Shown here one piece after another: positions 14,783-22,890 of a DNA stretch of 30,986 nt. Made by a program: the position numbers and the translations under genes. Below the pieces are notes generated by a model that worked only from the letters and a program-made list of their open reading frames with translations, was not told where the DNA came from and did not search any database. This DNA comes from a virus, in IMG/VR virus record IMGVR_UViG_3300010388_000223, positions 1 through 30,986 of that record, one strand, 5' to 3'. How positions within the stretch are numbered: the stretch's first letter is position 1; each line of letters opens with the position of its first letter.

Positions 14783-15003
14783 GTGATTACACGCCTACAA
14801 CAGAAGAAGTACGCGCAGCTTATGGGGGGCAACTTATCAAGATTGGTGAAAATAGGTTTGAGTTTATTGACGAGGGACAAGCCGCGTCTGAGTTTGACCG
14901 TTGGCTTGCTGAAGTAAAAGCCCAAGTCTGGGATGACGCGTGGAAAGAAGGTTCTGAATATCCAAAAGAAAACTTCAACCCTTACAGGCAAGGAGAAAAA
15001 TAA
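14779..15003 (+). CDS. FDRWLAE-motif paralog D
   Basis: GTGA coupling. MSDYTPTTEEVR ... EFDRWLAEVKAQVW ... NPYRQGEK. Confidence 0.7.
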   Translation: MSDYTPTTEEVRAAYGGQLIKIGENRFEFIDEGQAASEFDRWLAEVKAQVWDDAWKEGSEYPKENFNPYRQGEK

Positions 15004-15176
15004 TGCCAACATATGTTTACCAGTGTGACTGTGGCTACAGGGAAGAAGTCACACACTCTATCACTGCTGAAATAGAAATAATCTGCTCTTATTGTGACAA
15101 GCCGTTGCAGCGTAAACCTCAACGATCAAGTGTGCAATTTAAGGGTGACGGCTGGGCAAGCAGGGAAACAAGATAA
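15003..15176 (+). CDS. FmdB-family zinc-ribbon protein (57 aa)
   Basis: Hand translation: MPTYVYQCDCGYREEV...ICSYCDKPL...FKGDGWASRETR. CxC...CxxC. TAATG coupling. Confidence 0.7.
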   Translation: MPTYVYQCDCGYREEVTHSITAEIEIICSYCDKPLQRKPQRSSVQFKGDGWASRETR

Positions 15177-15298
15177 TGTTCACCAAACATAATGCACTGT
15201 TTTGTTGCCCAGAGTTTCAGCAGGCGTATCGCAACGGTACAGATACTCAGCATGAGTGCAGTAAAGAACCTGTCTATGTTGTGGAAGGCGAACAGTGA
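15176..15298 (+). CDS. Small Cys-containing hypothetical protein (40 aa)
   Basis: Hand translation: MFTKHNALFCCPEFQQAYRNGTDTQHECSKEPVYVVEGEQ. Coupled at both ends (TAATG, GTGA). Confidence 0.45.
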   Translation: MFTKHNALFCCPEFQQAYRNGTDTQHECSKEPVYVVEGEQ

Positions 15299-16359
15299 AA
15301 ACCATCACTCTAACACCGTGGCCGATATATCCTGTCATGTCTGGCGGTCAAGAAAGATGCTGGAATCTAGCAAAAGCACTAGATGAATCCACAGTGTTTA
15401 GCTTGGACTGGACTGGTGAAAGCACACACCAACGCATTGAGGGCGTGAACTATAAAACTATTGGTGCTGATCCTGCAGCAATAGCACAAGCCAAACTTCT
15501 TATGCAGTCTGGTGTGAAAACTTTTGACCCTATGCCTATGCTGACTAAGAAGAAACTTGACACTATTAGACGTGAGATAGACAACAGCGACCCAGACCTC
15601 ATCATTTTGGAACATCCGTGGCTGTTAGACCTCACAGACGGCAGACCATATATTTATGACAGTCACAACTGCGAGACTCTAAACACTAGGCAACAGTTCC
15701 CTTACAGCCTAGACGTTGACCTAGTAGCTAACCTAGAACGTAGGGCTACACAGCAGGCAGAACATATGACCTACACTGCTGAAAAAGACCTGAAAGCTAT
15801 GCGCCAACTGTACCCTTTCACTACACCAGTAACGCACATACCTAACGGGGTGACACTGCCTGACACTATCGCTACAGGGGAAGAACTCAACCTCATCTTT
15901 ATCGGATCACTCTATGGCCCTAACATTCAAGCCGCGAAAGAACTCATAGCCCTTGCCCCACTACTAAGGGAATACAAGATACGCATACTAGGCAACGTAT
16001 GTTCAGTACTTGAGTCACGTTATGACAATGTTGAACTGATAGGAGCAGTAAACGATAAACAACTTGATTACTACTTTAGAACTGCTCACGCATTTGTGAA
16101 CCTTACACAGACAGGCTCAGGCACACACCTCAAGATTGGTCGCGCCCTAGCCTACGGCCTACCAGTGATAACAACACCTATCGGCGGCAGAGGATACCAA
16201 ACACCACTCATCAGCAGTATCGCCAACGTACCAGACAACATCAGATCACTACGCCGCAACTGGAAACAACACTCAGAATGGTCACGCAGTGAAGCAGAAC
16301 TAATCACATGGGAAATAGTAGGAGACAAGTTCAGGCAGGTAATCAATGGCCTTCAATAA
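15295..16359 (+). CDS. Glycosyltransferase, GT-B fold (family 1/4-like)
   Basis: LTPWPIYPVMSGGQER at the N-terminus. C-terminal GSGTHLKIGRALAYGLPVITTPIGGRGY. Confidence 0.75.
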   Translation: MKTITLTPWPIYPVMSGGQERCWNLAKALDESTVFSLDWTGESTHQRIEGVNYKTIGADPAAIAQAKLLMQSGVKTFDPMPMLTKKKLDTIRREIDNSDPDLIILEHPWLLDLTDGRPYIYDSHNCETLNTRQQFPYSLDVDLVANLERRATQQAEHMTYTAEKDLKAMRQLYPFTTPVTHIPNGVTLPDTIATGEELNLIFIGSLYGPNIQAAKELIALAPLLREYKIRILGNVCSVLESRYDNVELIGAVNDKQLDYYFRTAHAFVNLTQTGSGTHLKIGRALAYGLPVITTPIGGRGYQTPLISSIANVPDNIRSLRRNWKQHSEWSRSEAELITWEIVGDKFRQVINGLQ

Positions 16360-16678
16360 ACCCTGCATAGTCTGTGGCACACTCAGCCGTGGTACTAGAT
16401 GCGAACAACATCAAACAGAACTCGACCAACGCAAACAGGCCGCGAAAGACAAAGACCCCACACACAAAGCAAAGAAAGCCACCCTATACGGGTACAGATA
16501 CCAGCAGGCCAGACGTATAGTCAAAGCAACAGCAACACAATGCCACATCTGTAAACAACCATTCACACCAACAGACAACATAGACGCAGACCACCTATAC
16601 CCAGGCGACCCCACATCACCACTACTTCCAGCACACAGCAGATGCAACCGTAGCAGAGGCAACAGACAACTAGAATAA
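16346..16678 (+). CDS. HNH endonuclease, packaging-associated (adjacent to terminase)
   Basis: CIVCG...C..H; CHICKQPF...DADHL...HSRCNRSRGN. Position immediately upstream of terS. Confidence 0.8.
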   Translation: MAFNKPCIVCGTLSRGTRCEQHQTELDQRKQAAKDKDPTHKAKKATLYGYRYQQARRIVKATATQCHICKQPFTPTDNIDADHLYPGDPTSPLLPAHSRCNRSRGNRQLE

Positions 16679-16706
16679 CCATTCGAACACATATTCGAAC
16701 ACCACA

Positions 16707-16718
16707 ACATATAGTGGT
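16707..16718 (+). repeat. 12-bp direct repeat acatatagtggt, copy 1 (cos/terminase-recognition candidate)
   Basis: Exact second copy at 16833..16844. Also the tandem attcgaacac at 16681 and 16693. Confidence 0.6.
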
Positions 16719-16724
16719 GCATAG

Positions 16725-16757
16725 CCCCCCACGTCATAGATGGGGGGTATCTTTTTT
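16725..16757 (+). terminator. Rho-independent terminator after the HNH gene
   Basis: cccccca-cgtcataga-tgggggg followed by tatctttttt. Confidence 0.8.
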
Positions 16758-16832
16758 GTGACAAACACGCCACTCCTCACCCCCCAGCCTAGCCTTTTCT
16801 GTATATCCGCAGTTCAGACCCCTCGGGATACT

Positions 16833-16844
16833 ACATATAGTGGT
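16833..16844 (+). repeat. 12-bp direct repeat acatatagtggt, copy 2
   Basis: Exact match to 16707..16718, 36 nt upstream of terS. Confidence 0.6.
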
Positions 16845-16879
16845 AGTCTGGATGTGCGAACCTACGCGAAAGGAATGAG

Positions 16880-17323
16880 ATGCCTAATCCGCCTAAGCCT
16901 GCTGAGTTGAAGTTGTTGCAGGGGAATCCTGGTAAGCGTGGTTTGCGTTTGAATGATGCGGTTGCGCCTATGGAGTATGGGTATGTTGAGCCGCCTGCTG
17001 ATTTGCGTGAGTCTGGATTGGCGTTGTGGCAAAAGATTTTTGGTGCTGGTGAGTTGTGGATTTCTATTCGTACTGATGTTGATTTGGTGACTCAGGTCTG
17101 TAGGCAGATGGATAGGCGTGATGAGTTGTCGCGTAGGTTTTGGGATGAGCCTGAGTCTCGTGTTGTGAATATGAGTTTGTTGGAGACTGAGAAGGCTATT
17201 GTTAATGGTTTGTCGCTGCTTGGCTTTTCGCCTGCTGACCGGACTCGTCTTGGTTTGGTATCAGCTAAAACTAAATCCAAGCTTGAGGAGCTGATGGATC
17301 GTAAGGCTCAGGCTGGTAAATGA
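16880..17323 (+). CDS. terS: Terminase small subunit (P27 family)
   Basis: PKPAELKLLQGNPGKRGL N-terminal signature. Upstream of terL with ATGA coupling. Confidence 0.8.
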   Translation: MPNPPKPAELKLLQGNPGKRGLRLNDAVAPMEYGYVEPPADLRESGLALWQKIFGAGELWISIRTDVDLVTQVCRQMDRRDELSRRFWDEPESRVVNMSLLETEKAIVNGLSLLGFSPADRTRLGLVSAKTKSKLEELMDRKAQAGK

Positions 17324-18837
17324 CTTCTTGGCCGCCTGCTGTTTTGACGCCTGTTTCTGTTGAGGCTATTGCTCGTGGTGATGGCGAGTTTGCTGTTGAG
17401 TTTGCTGAGGCGTTTGGTTCTATTGGTAAGGATGGTATTGCTGGTAGGGCTGGTGAGGCGTTGCGTTTGCGTGATTGGCAGAAGGAGCTTCTGTATAGGT
17501 TGTATGCGCGTGATGAGTCTGGTGGGCTACTTGCACAGACGGCACTGATTGGGATGCCGCGTAAGAATGGTAAGAGTGCGTTGTCGTCTGCCGCGATTGG
17601 TTTATATTCGCTGATTGCTGAGGGTATTCAGGGCGGTGAAGTTATTGCTGTTGCTGCTGAGAAGGAGCAGGCGCGTATTGTGTTTGGTGAGGCTAAGCGC
17701 ATGATTGAACAGTCTGAACTTGCCGATATGGTGACTGTGTATAAAGACAGTATCTTTGTGCCTGCTACTAATTCTGTGTTTCGTGTGGTTTCGGCTGAGG
17801 CGTATTCTAAGGAAGGTTTGAACCCTAGCCGTGTAATCATGGATGAGTTGCACGCGCATAAGAACCGTGACTTGTTTGATGTGTTTTCGTTGGCTATGGG
17901 TAACCGTGGCAAGATTGGGCAACTGGTTGCTATTACTACTGCTGGTGTTAAGTCTGATTCGACGGGTAAGGATTCGATTGCTTACAGCCTGTATCAGTAT
18001 GGTAAGAAGGTTGCTGCTGGCGAGATTGTAGACCCTGCTTTTTTTATGGCGTGGTGGGAAGCGCCTGCCGATATGGATCATAGGTTGCCTGAATCTTGGG
18101 AGATTGCTAATCCTGGGTTTGGCGATATTGTGGCGGTGCAGGATTTTGAGTCTGCTGTGCGTAGAACGCCTGAGGCTGAGTTTCGCACTAAGCGTTTGAA
18201 TCAATGGGTGTCTAGTGCTGAGGCGTGGTTGCCTGCCGGTGCGTGGAACGAGTGCGCCGGGGATGTTGTTGTCACATCTGATACCAAAGTAGTGCTTGGT
18301 GTTGATGGTTCTTTTAGTGGTGACTCCACTGTTATCGTTGGTGCAACTATTCCTGAAGGGGATGAGCCGGTGCAGGTGTTTCTCGTCAAGGCGTGGGAGA
18401 AAGATTTAGATGCTGATGGTGATGATTGGCGTGTAGATATTGGGGATGTTGAAGCAACTATTGTTGACTTTTGCCAACAATATTCTGGTGTTCAAGAGAT
18501 AGTGTTTGACCCGTTCCGGTGGGCACGCACTATGCAGGTTCTTGAGGATGCTGGTTTTCCTGTGGTTGAGTTTCCACAGTCACCTTCTCGTATGATTAAA
18601 GCTTGTGCCAAGTTTTATGATGCGGTTGTTGAGCACCGTATTGAGCATGACGGGAACCCTACTCTTGCACGCCATCTTGATAATGCGGTGTTGAAGATGA
18701 CTCCTGCAGGGCCACACATTAAGAAGGATGCCCGTAATAGTCCGCGAAAGATTGACGCTGCTGTTGGCGCTATCATGGCGGTAGATCGTGCAACTGTTGG
18801 TAGAATGGAAACAGTTGTACCACAATTTTTCTATTAA
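17320..18837 (+). CDS. terL: Terminase large subunit
   Basis: 505 aa. IGMPRKNGKS (Walker A-like), VIMDELH (Walker B), and a C-terminal nuclease region. Synteny terS-terL-portal. Confidence 0.9.
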   Translation: MTSWPPAVLTPVSVEAIARGDGEFAVEFAEAFGSIGKDGIAGRAGEALRLRDWQKELLYRLYARDESGGLLAQTALIGMPRKNGKSALSSAAIGLYSLIAEGIQGGEVIAVAAEKEQARIVFGEAKRMIEQSELADMVTVYKDSIFVPATNSVFRVVSAEAYSKEGLNPSRVIMDELHAHKNRDLFDVFSLAMGNRGKIGQLVAITTAGVKSDSTGKDSIAYSLYQYGKKVAAGEIVDPAFFMAWWEAPADMDHRLPESWEIANPGFGDIVAVQDFESAVRRTPEAEFRTKRLNQWVSSAEAWLPAGAWNECAGDVVVTSDTKVVLGVDGSFSGDSTVIVGATIPEGDEPVQVFLVKAWEKDLDADGDDWRVDIGDVEATIVDFCQQYSGVQEIVFDPFRWARTMQVLEDAGFPVVEFPQSPSRMIKACAKFYDAVVEHRIEHDGNPTLARHLDNAVLKMTPAGPHIKKDARNSPRKIDAAVGAIMAVDRATVGRMETVVPQFFY

Positions 18838-18845
18838 AGGTTTAT

Positions 18846-18974
18846 ATGTCTACTCTTATTCAGCTTGCAGGTGCAGTTTCTATCACTGCTGGTGCAACAC
18901 TTCTTAGCCCGATTGCTGGGCTTATTGTAGGTGGAGTTTTTCTCATCCTTATCGGGTTGGCGGTTAGTAAGTAA
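18846..18974 (+). CDS. Tiny membrane protein (42 aa) between terL and portal
   Basis: Hand translation: MSTLIQLAGAVSITAGATLLSPIAGLIVGGVFLILIGLAVSK. TAATG coupling to portal. Confidence 0.5.
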   Translation: MSTLIQLAGAVSITAGATLLSPIAGLIVGGVFLILIGLAVSK

Positions 18975-20329
18975 TGTTTGAGCGTTTGTTTGAGACTCGT
19001 GCGGTTTCGTACCAGTCAATTTGGGCATCAGGTGACAGTGTAGACTTTGGTCAACTATCTGGCACTAACATAAATAACGAGACTGTGTTTCAGGTCAATG
19101 CTGTTTACAGCGCGGTTAGTTTAATTGCTGACACTATCTCAACGCTGCCACTTGATGTTTTTGTTCGCCGTGATGGTGCGCGGTTTCCTTTCCGGCCTGC
19201 TCCTGCTTGGGTTCAGAAGCCTGACGTTGATTTACCTAAAGAGGCTTTCTACTCGGCGTTGATTGTTTCCTTGTTGCTGGATGGTAACGCTTTTGTGCGC
19301 GTGTTCAGTAATAAGCAGGGTGAGGTTGTGAACCTTGTTGTGTTGAACCCTCAAACTGTTGAGATTAAACGTAACGGCTTGGGTCGCCTTATCTTTAATG
19401 TTCAGGGTGAGAAGAAGGCTTTGAGCGCTGATGAGGTTATTTATATTCCTGACTTGTTGCGCCCTGGTGCTGTGCGTGGCGTTTCGCGTATCGAGGCATT
19501 GAAGGAAAACTTTGGTCTTGCTTTAGCGTTGGAGAAGTTCGCTGCTACCTTCTTTGGTTCTGGAACTAACTTGGCTGGTGTGATTGAGTTCCCTGGTAAC
19601 TTGACTCAGGAACAAAGCGATCAGTTGCGTAACGGTTTTGATAAGGCTCATGCTGGTTGGCAACGTGGCCACAAGACTGGTGTTCTTTCTGGTGGTGCAA
19701 CGTGGAAATCTACACAGATTGATCCTGATAAGTCTACGTTGGTGGATTCGCGTAATCAGGCTGTTGCTGATGTGGCTCGAGCTTTCAACATTCCTCCACA
19801 TCTGTTGGCTTTGCCTGGCACTAACTCTTATGCATCAGTTGAAGAATCTAACCTTGCTTGGGTTACTCACTCGCTGCGCCCGATTGTGCAAAAGATTGAG
19901 GGCGCTTTAACGCCTTTGATGTTGCGTACTGCTGGTGGCGAAAACGCCTTCCTGAAGTTTAATCTTGATGGTTTGTTGCGTGCCGATATTCAGTCTCGTA
20001 TGAGCGCATATTCGACTGGTTTGCAGTCTGGGTTCTTGACTATCAATGATGTGCGCCGGTTAGAGGATTATCGCCCGATTGACGATATTTCGGCTGATAC
20101 AGTTCGTGTGCCTTTAGCTAACGTGAACATTGATGCTGCTACGCTATCGGCTGAGTCTGAACGGGTGGCTATGGCGCAGAAACTTATCCTTGCAGGGTTT
20201 GACCCTAACGAGACTATGAAGGCTCTAAGCTTGCCTGTGATTCCTCACACTGGCTTGCCTTCTACACAATTGCAGGCGGTTGCTCAGATTGATCCTGAGA
20301 ATCCTGAATCTGTTTATGGGGTGAACTAA
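18974..20329 (+). CDS. Portal protein (HK97 family)
   Basis: 451 aa. Position after terL. Typical portal-family pattern (LLLDGNAF, ...PPHLLALPG...). Confidence 0.85.
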   Translation: MFERLFETRAVSYQSIWASGDSVDFGQLSGTNINNETVFQVNAVYSAVSLIADTISTLPLDVFVRRDGARFPFRPAPAWVQKPDVDLPKEAFYSALIVSLLLDGNAFVRVFSNKQGEVVNLVVLNPQTVEIKRNGLGRLIFNVQGEKKALSADEVIYIPDLLRPGAVRGVSRIEALKENFGLALALEKFAATFFGSGTNLAGVIEFPGNLTQEQSDQLRNGFDKAHAGWQRGHKTGVLSGGATWKSTQIDPDKSTLVDSRNQAVADVARAFNIPPHLLALPGTNSYASVEESNLAWVTHSLRPIVQKIEGALTPLMLRTAGGENAFLKFNLDGLLRADIQSRMSAYSTGLQSGFLTINDVRRLEDYRPIDDISADTVRVPLANVNIDAATLSAESERVAMAQKLILAGFDPNETMKALSLPVIPHTGLPSTQLQAVAQIDPENPESVYGVN

Positions 20330-20685
20330 TGCAGACTCCTGGCGTTCTTGATATGTCTTGCTATCAGGGTGCAAACTTTGATTACACTTTAACGTGGCAG
20401 GCTGGCGGTTCCGCAGTGAACTTGACTGGCTATAGTGCCCGTATGCAGGTTCGTGATTCGTATGATGGCGGTACAGCTATTGTGTCGCTGACTAGCGGTA
20501 CTGGTATTACTCTTGGCGGTACTGCCGGTACTATCATTTTGGAGTTGTCTGCTACCGCTACTGCCGCGCTTGATGGCACACCTAACACACAGTATGTGTA
20601 TGACCTTGAGCTTGTGTCTGGTGCTGGCTATGTTACTCGTCTAGTTGAAGGCCGGTTCTATGTGTTCCCCGAGGTCACAAAGTGA
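20329..20685 (+). CDS. Ig-like / BppU-N-like beta-sandwich protein (virion-associated?)
   Basis: YQGANFDYTLTW...VNLTGYSARMQVR...YVYDLELV...GRFYVFPEVT. TAATG coupling to portal. Confidence 0.5.
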   Translation: MQTPGVLDMSCYQGANFDYTLTWQAGGSAVNLTGYSARMQVRDSYDGGTAIVSLTSGTGITLGGTAGTIILELSATATAALDGTPNTQYVYDLELVSGAGYVTRLVEGRFYVFPEVTK

Positions 20686-21443
20686 CAGATGTTGTCTATA
20701 CGCAGTCAACGGCTATTGTGACCGTTGCTACTCCAGCGAGTGCGACTGTTAATGTTACTGCTGCTGGTACTGCTGTAGTTCGTCAGGAGCAGGCCACGGT
20801 TGTTTCTGATTTGCAACAGGTGCAAACTATTCAGGCTCCTGACTGGATTCAGTTTAATACTTCTGCTGTTGCTACGCCTGGTGTTGGTCGTCTGCATTGG
20901 AATGATACTGATGGCACGTTTGAGTTCCAGATGAAGGGTGGTCAGGTTACTCAACAGATTGGCATGGAGCAGGTTCTTAGGGTTTCCGCTAACGATAATG
21001 GTGGACTTATTGAGGGTAAAGTTATTTATGCTGTTGGGTCTGATGGCGTGAATTTGAAGGTGGCTTACGCTACTGCTACCAGTGAGACTACTTCTTCTAA
21101 GACTCTTGCCGTTATGACTGAGACTGTAACTGCCGCTAATAAAGGGTTTGCTACAACATTTGGTTTAGTTCGTGGTTTGAACACTAGTGGTATGACTGAG
21201 GGCGCGGCTGTGTGGCTGTCACCTACCGGTTCAGGAAACATGACCACTACTCGGCCTACTACTCCTAATCATGCAGTGTTTATTGGTTACTGTTTGCGTG
21301 CTAGTTCTAATAATGGTGTTGTGTTTGTGAACATCCAGAATGGTTATGAGCTGGATGAGTTACATAACGTAAAGATTACTAACCCACAGGATGGGCAAGT
21401 TTTGAAGTATCAGGCAAACACTGGATTGTGGGTGAACGGCTAA
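20682..21443 (+). CDS. Fibre-like protein in the head module
   Basis: GRLHWNDTDGTFEFQMKGG...QIGMEQ...GKVIYAVGSDG...AVWLSPTGSGNMTTTRP...LDELHNVKITNPQDGQVLKYQANTGLWVNG resembles tail/head-fibre proteins. Confidence 0.5.
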   Translation: MTDVVYTQSTAIVTVATPASATVNVTAAGTAVVRQEQATVVSDLQQVQTIQAPDWIQFNTSAVATPGVGRLHWNDTDGTFEFQMKGGQVTQQIGMEQVLRVSANDNGGLIEGKVIYAVGSDGVNLKVAYATATSETTSSKTLAVMTETVTAANKGFATTFGLVRGLNTSGMTEGAAVWLSPTGSGNMTTTRPTTPNHAVFIGYCLRASSNNGVVFVNIQNGYELDELHNVKITNPQDGQVLKYQANTGLWVNG

Positions 21444-22615
21444 TGCCATATTTTATTCAACAGGGTAACGCTGACTGTAAAAGTGGTTGGGCTGTTATTG
21501 ATGCTGATGGTGCAGTATATGGATGCCATCAAACTAAAAAGGATGCTATTGATCAGGCGGTTGCTGTATCGCTTGCTACTGATGAACCGTTTGAGGGTGA
21601 GCGTACCCTAAATATAGGAGATAATAGAAATATGGATATTCGCGCTACTGCTGAAGAATTAACGCCTGGTGTCTGGATTCAATGGATTCAAGAAGATGAA
21701 ATTGAGTATGGGCAGGTTATTCAGGTTGATGGTGATATGGTTCAAGTTACGCCGTGGGATGAAGAGGATGGTGAGTGGTCTGCTGAGTCTGAGATTCAGC
21801 TTGTTGAGATTGCTCGTGTTCAGGTGATTCCTGCTTTGCCTGCTCCTGAGATGGAAGAGGATAAGCCTGTCAATTCTTTGGCTGGTATGCGTAGTGTGGG
21901 TAAGTTTGAGACTCGTGTTCAGGCTACCGATTTTGAGGTTCGTGAAACTCCTAACGGTATGGTGTTTGAGGGTTACGCTTCAGTGTTCAATAGCCGTTCT
22001 GAAAACTTGGGCGGTTTTACTGAGTTTGTTGCTCCTGGTGCTTTCACTCGCTCGTTGAAGTCTCGTAATGATGTGAAGCTTTTGTGGAACCATGATGCCG
22101 GTCAAGTGTTGGGTTCTACTCGTGCTAAGTCTATGACTTTGACTGAGGATGCTCGTGGTTTGAAGGTTACTGCTACGCTGCCGAACACACAGCTGGGAAG
22201 AGACACAGCAGAGCTCATCAGAACAAAAATTATTGACTCCATGTCTTTTGGATTCAATGTCATTAAGGATTCTTGGAACAGTGAAGGCACTGAGCGCACC
22301 CTGCATTCGGTACGTCTTTTCGAGGTCAGCATTGTGGCCTTCCCTGCCTATTCCTCAACTGCTGGAACTACAACGGTGCGATCATTGGAGAAGTTGGCTA
22401 AGCGTGCTGAGGTTGACATGACTGACCTTGAGGCTGCACTTACCAAGCTTGAGTCTGGCGATGATTTAGATGAGGCTTCTCGTGACCTGCTGAATTCGGT
22501 TATCAATAAGGTTTCGCCTTCTGTGACTTTTGATAATGAGCCTGCTGATAGTGTGGTTGGCGATTTGGGCTTGCTTGCTTTGAAGAAGAAGAAGCTGGAA
22601 CTGTTTGAGCTATAA
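21443..22615 (+). CDS. Prohead protease (HK97/S78 family) with ~170-aa N-terminal extension and C-terminal scaffold-like tail
   Basis: FEGYASVFNSRSENLGGFTEFVAPGAFTRSL...VKLLWNHD...EDARGLKV...DSMSFGF. TAATG coupling. Confidence 0.8.
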   Translation: MPYFIQQGNADCKSGWAVIDADGAVYGCHQTKKDAIDQAVAVSLATDEPFEGERTLNIGDNRNMDIRATAEELTPGVWIQWIQEDEIEYGQVIQVDGDMVQVTPWDEEDGEWSAESEIQLVEIARVQVIPALPAPEMEEDKPVNSLAGMRSVGKFETRVQATDFEVRETPNGMVFEGYASVFNSRSENLGGFTEFVAPGAFTRSLKSRNDVKLLWNHDAGQVLGSTRAKSMTLTEDARGLKVTATLPNTQLGRDTAELIRTKIIDSMSFGFNVIKDSWNSEGTERTLHSVRLFEVSIVAFPAYSSTAGTTTVRSLEKLAKRAEVDMTDLEAALTKLESGDDLDEASRDLLNSVINKVSPSVTFDNEPADSVVGDLGLLALKKKKLELFEL

Positions 22616-22649
22616 TAGTTAAACCCCTCAACTGTTTTGCCGGTTGACT

Positions 22650-22688
22650 TATCCCCTAGTGTTACTGCTCGCTAGGGGATATTCTTTT
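22650..22688 (+). terminator. Terminator-like hairpin after the protease gene
   Basis: tatcccctag-12 nt-ctaggggata followed by ttctttt. Confidence 0.65.
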
Positions 22689-22740
22689 CACGGCTAGTTG
22701 CGGTAAAGTAGAAATACCGCAGGTGGTGTGGTTAGGATTA

Positions 22741-22770
22741 GGTCAGCTTTCAAGCTGGCCTTTTCTGTTT
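22741..22770 (+). terminator. Second terminator-like hairpin in the MCP leader region
   Basis: ggtcagc-tttcaa-gctggcc (one G-T pair) followed by ttttctgttt. Confidence 0.5.
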
Positions 22771-22790
22771 GCGCGACTTTTATTGTATAT

Positions 22791-22800
22791 GCGGTATACT
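22791..22800 (+). promoter_or_regulatory. gcGGTATACT -10-like box upstream of the major capsid gene
   Basis: Variant of the GCGGTAGAAT late motif, 90 nt upstream of ATG 22891. Confidence 0.45.
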
Positions 22801-22890
22801 AAAACTGGTTGAGTGTTAGCACCGCCGTAAATGTTCCGTGAACTTGCGTGTAATCACCAGTTCGCAACCTTACCTTATTGGAGATTAAAG

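Noticed and set aside
15192-15386. 64-aa ORF spanning the FmdB-to-glycosyltransferase junction
   Set aside because: It is out of frame with the coupled chain 15003-15176 / 15176-15298 / 15295-16359, which accounts for the region with TAATG and GTGA overlaps. It has no SD.
22831-22890. Upstream extension of the capsid ORF (MFRELACNHQFATLPYWRLK...)
   Set aside because: ATG 22891 has a proper ggag SD and begins the typical capsid delta-domain sequence. The extension lies in the structured leader.
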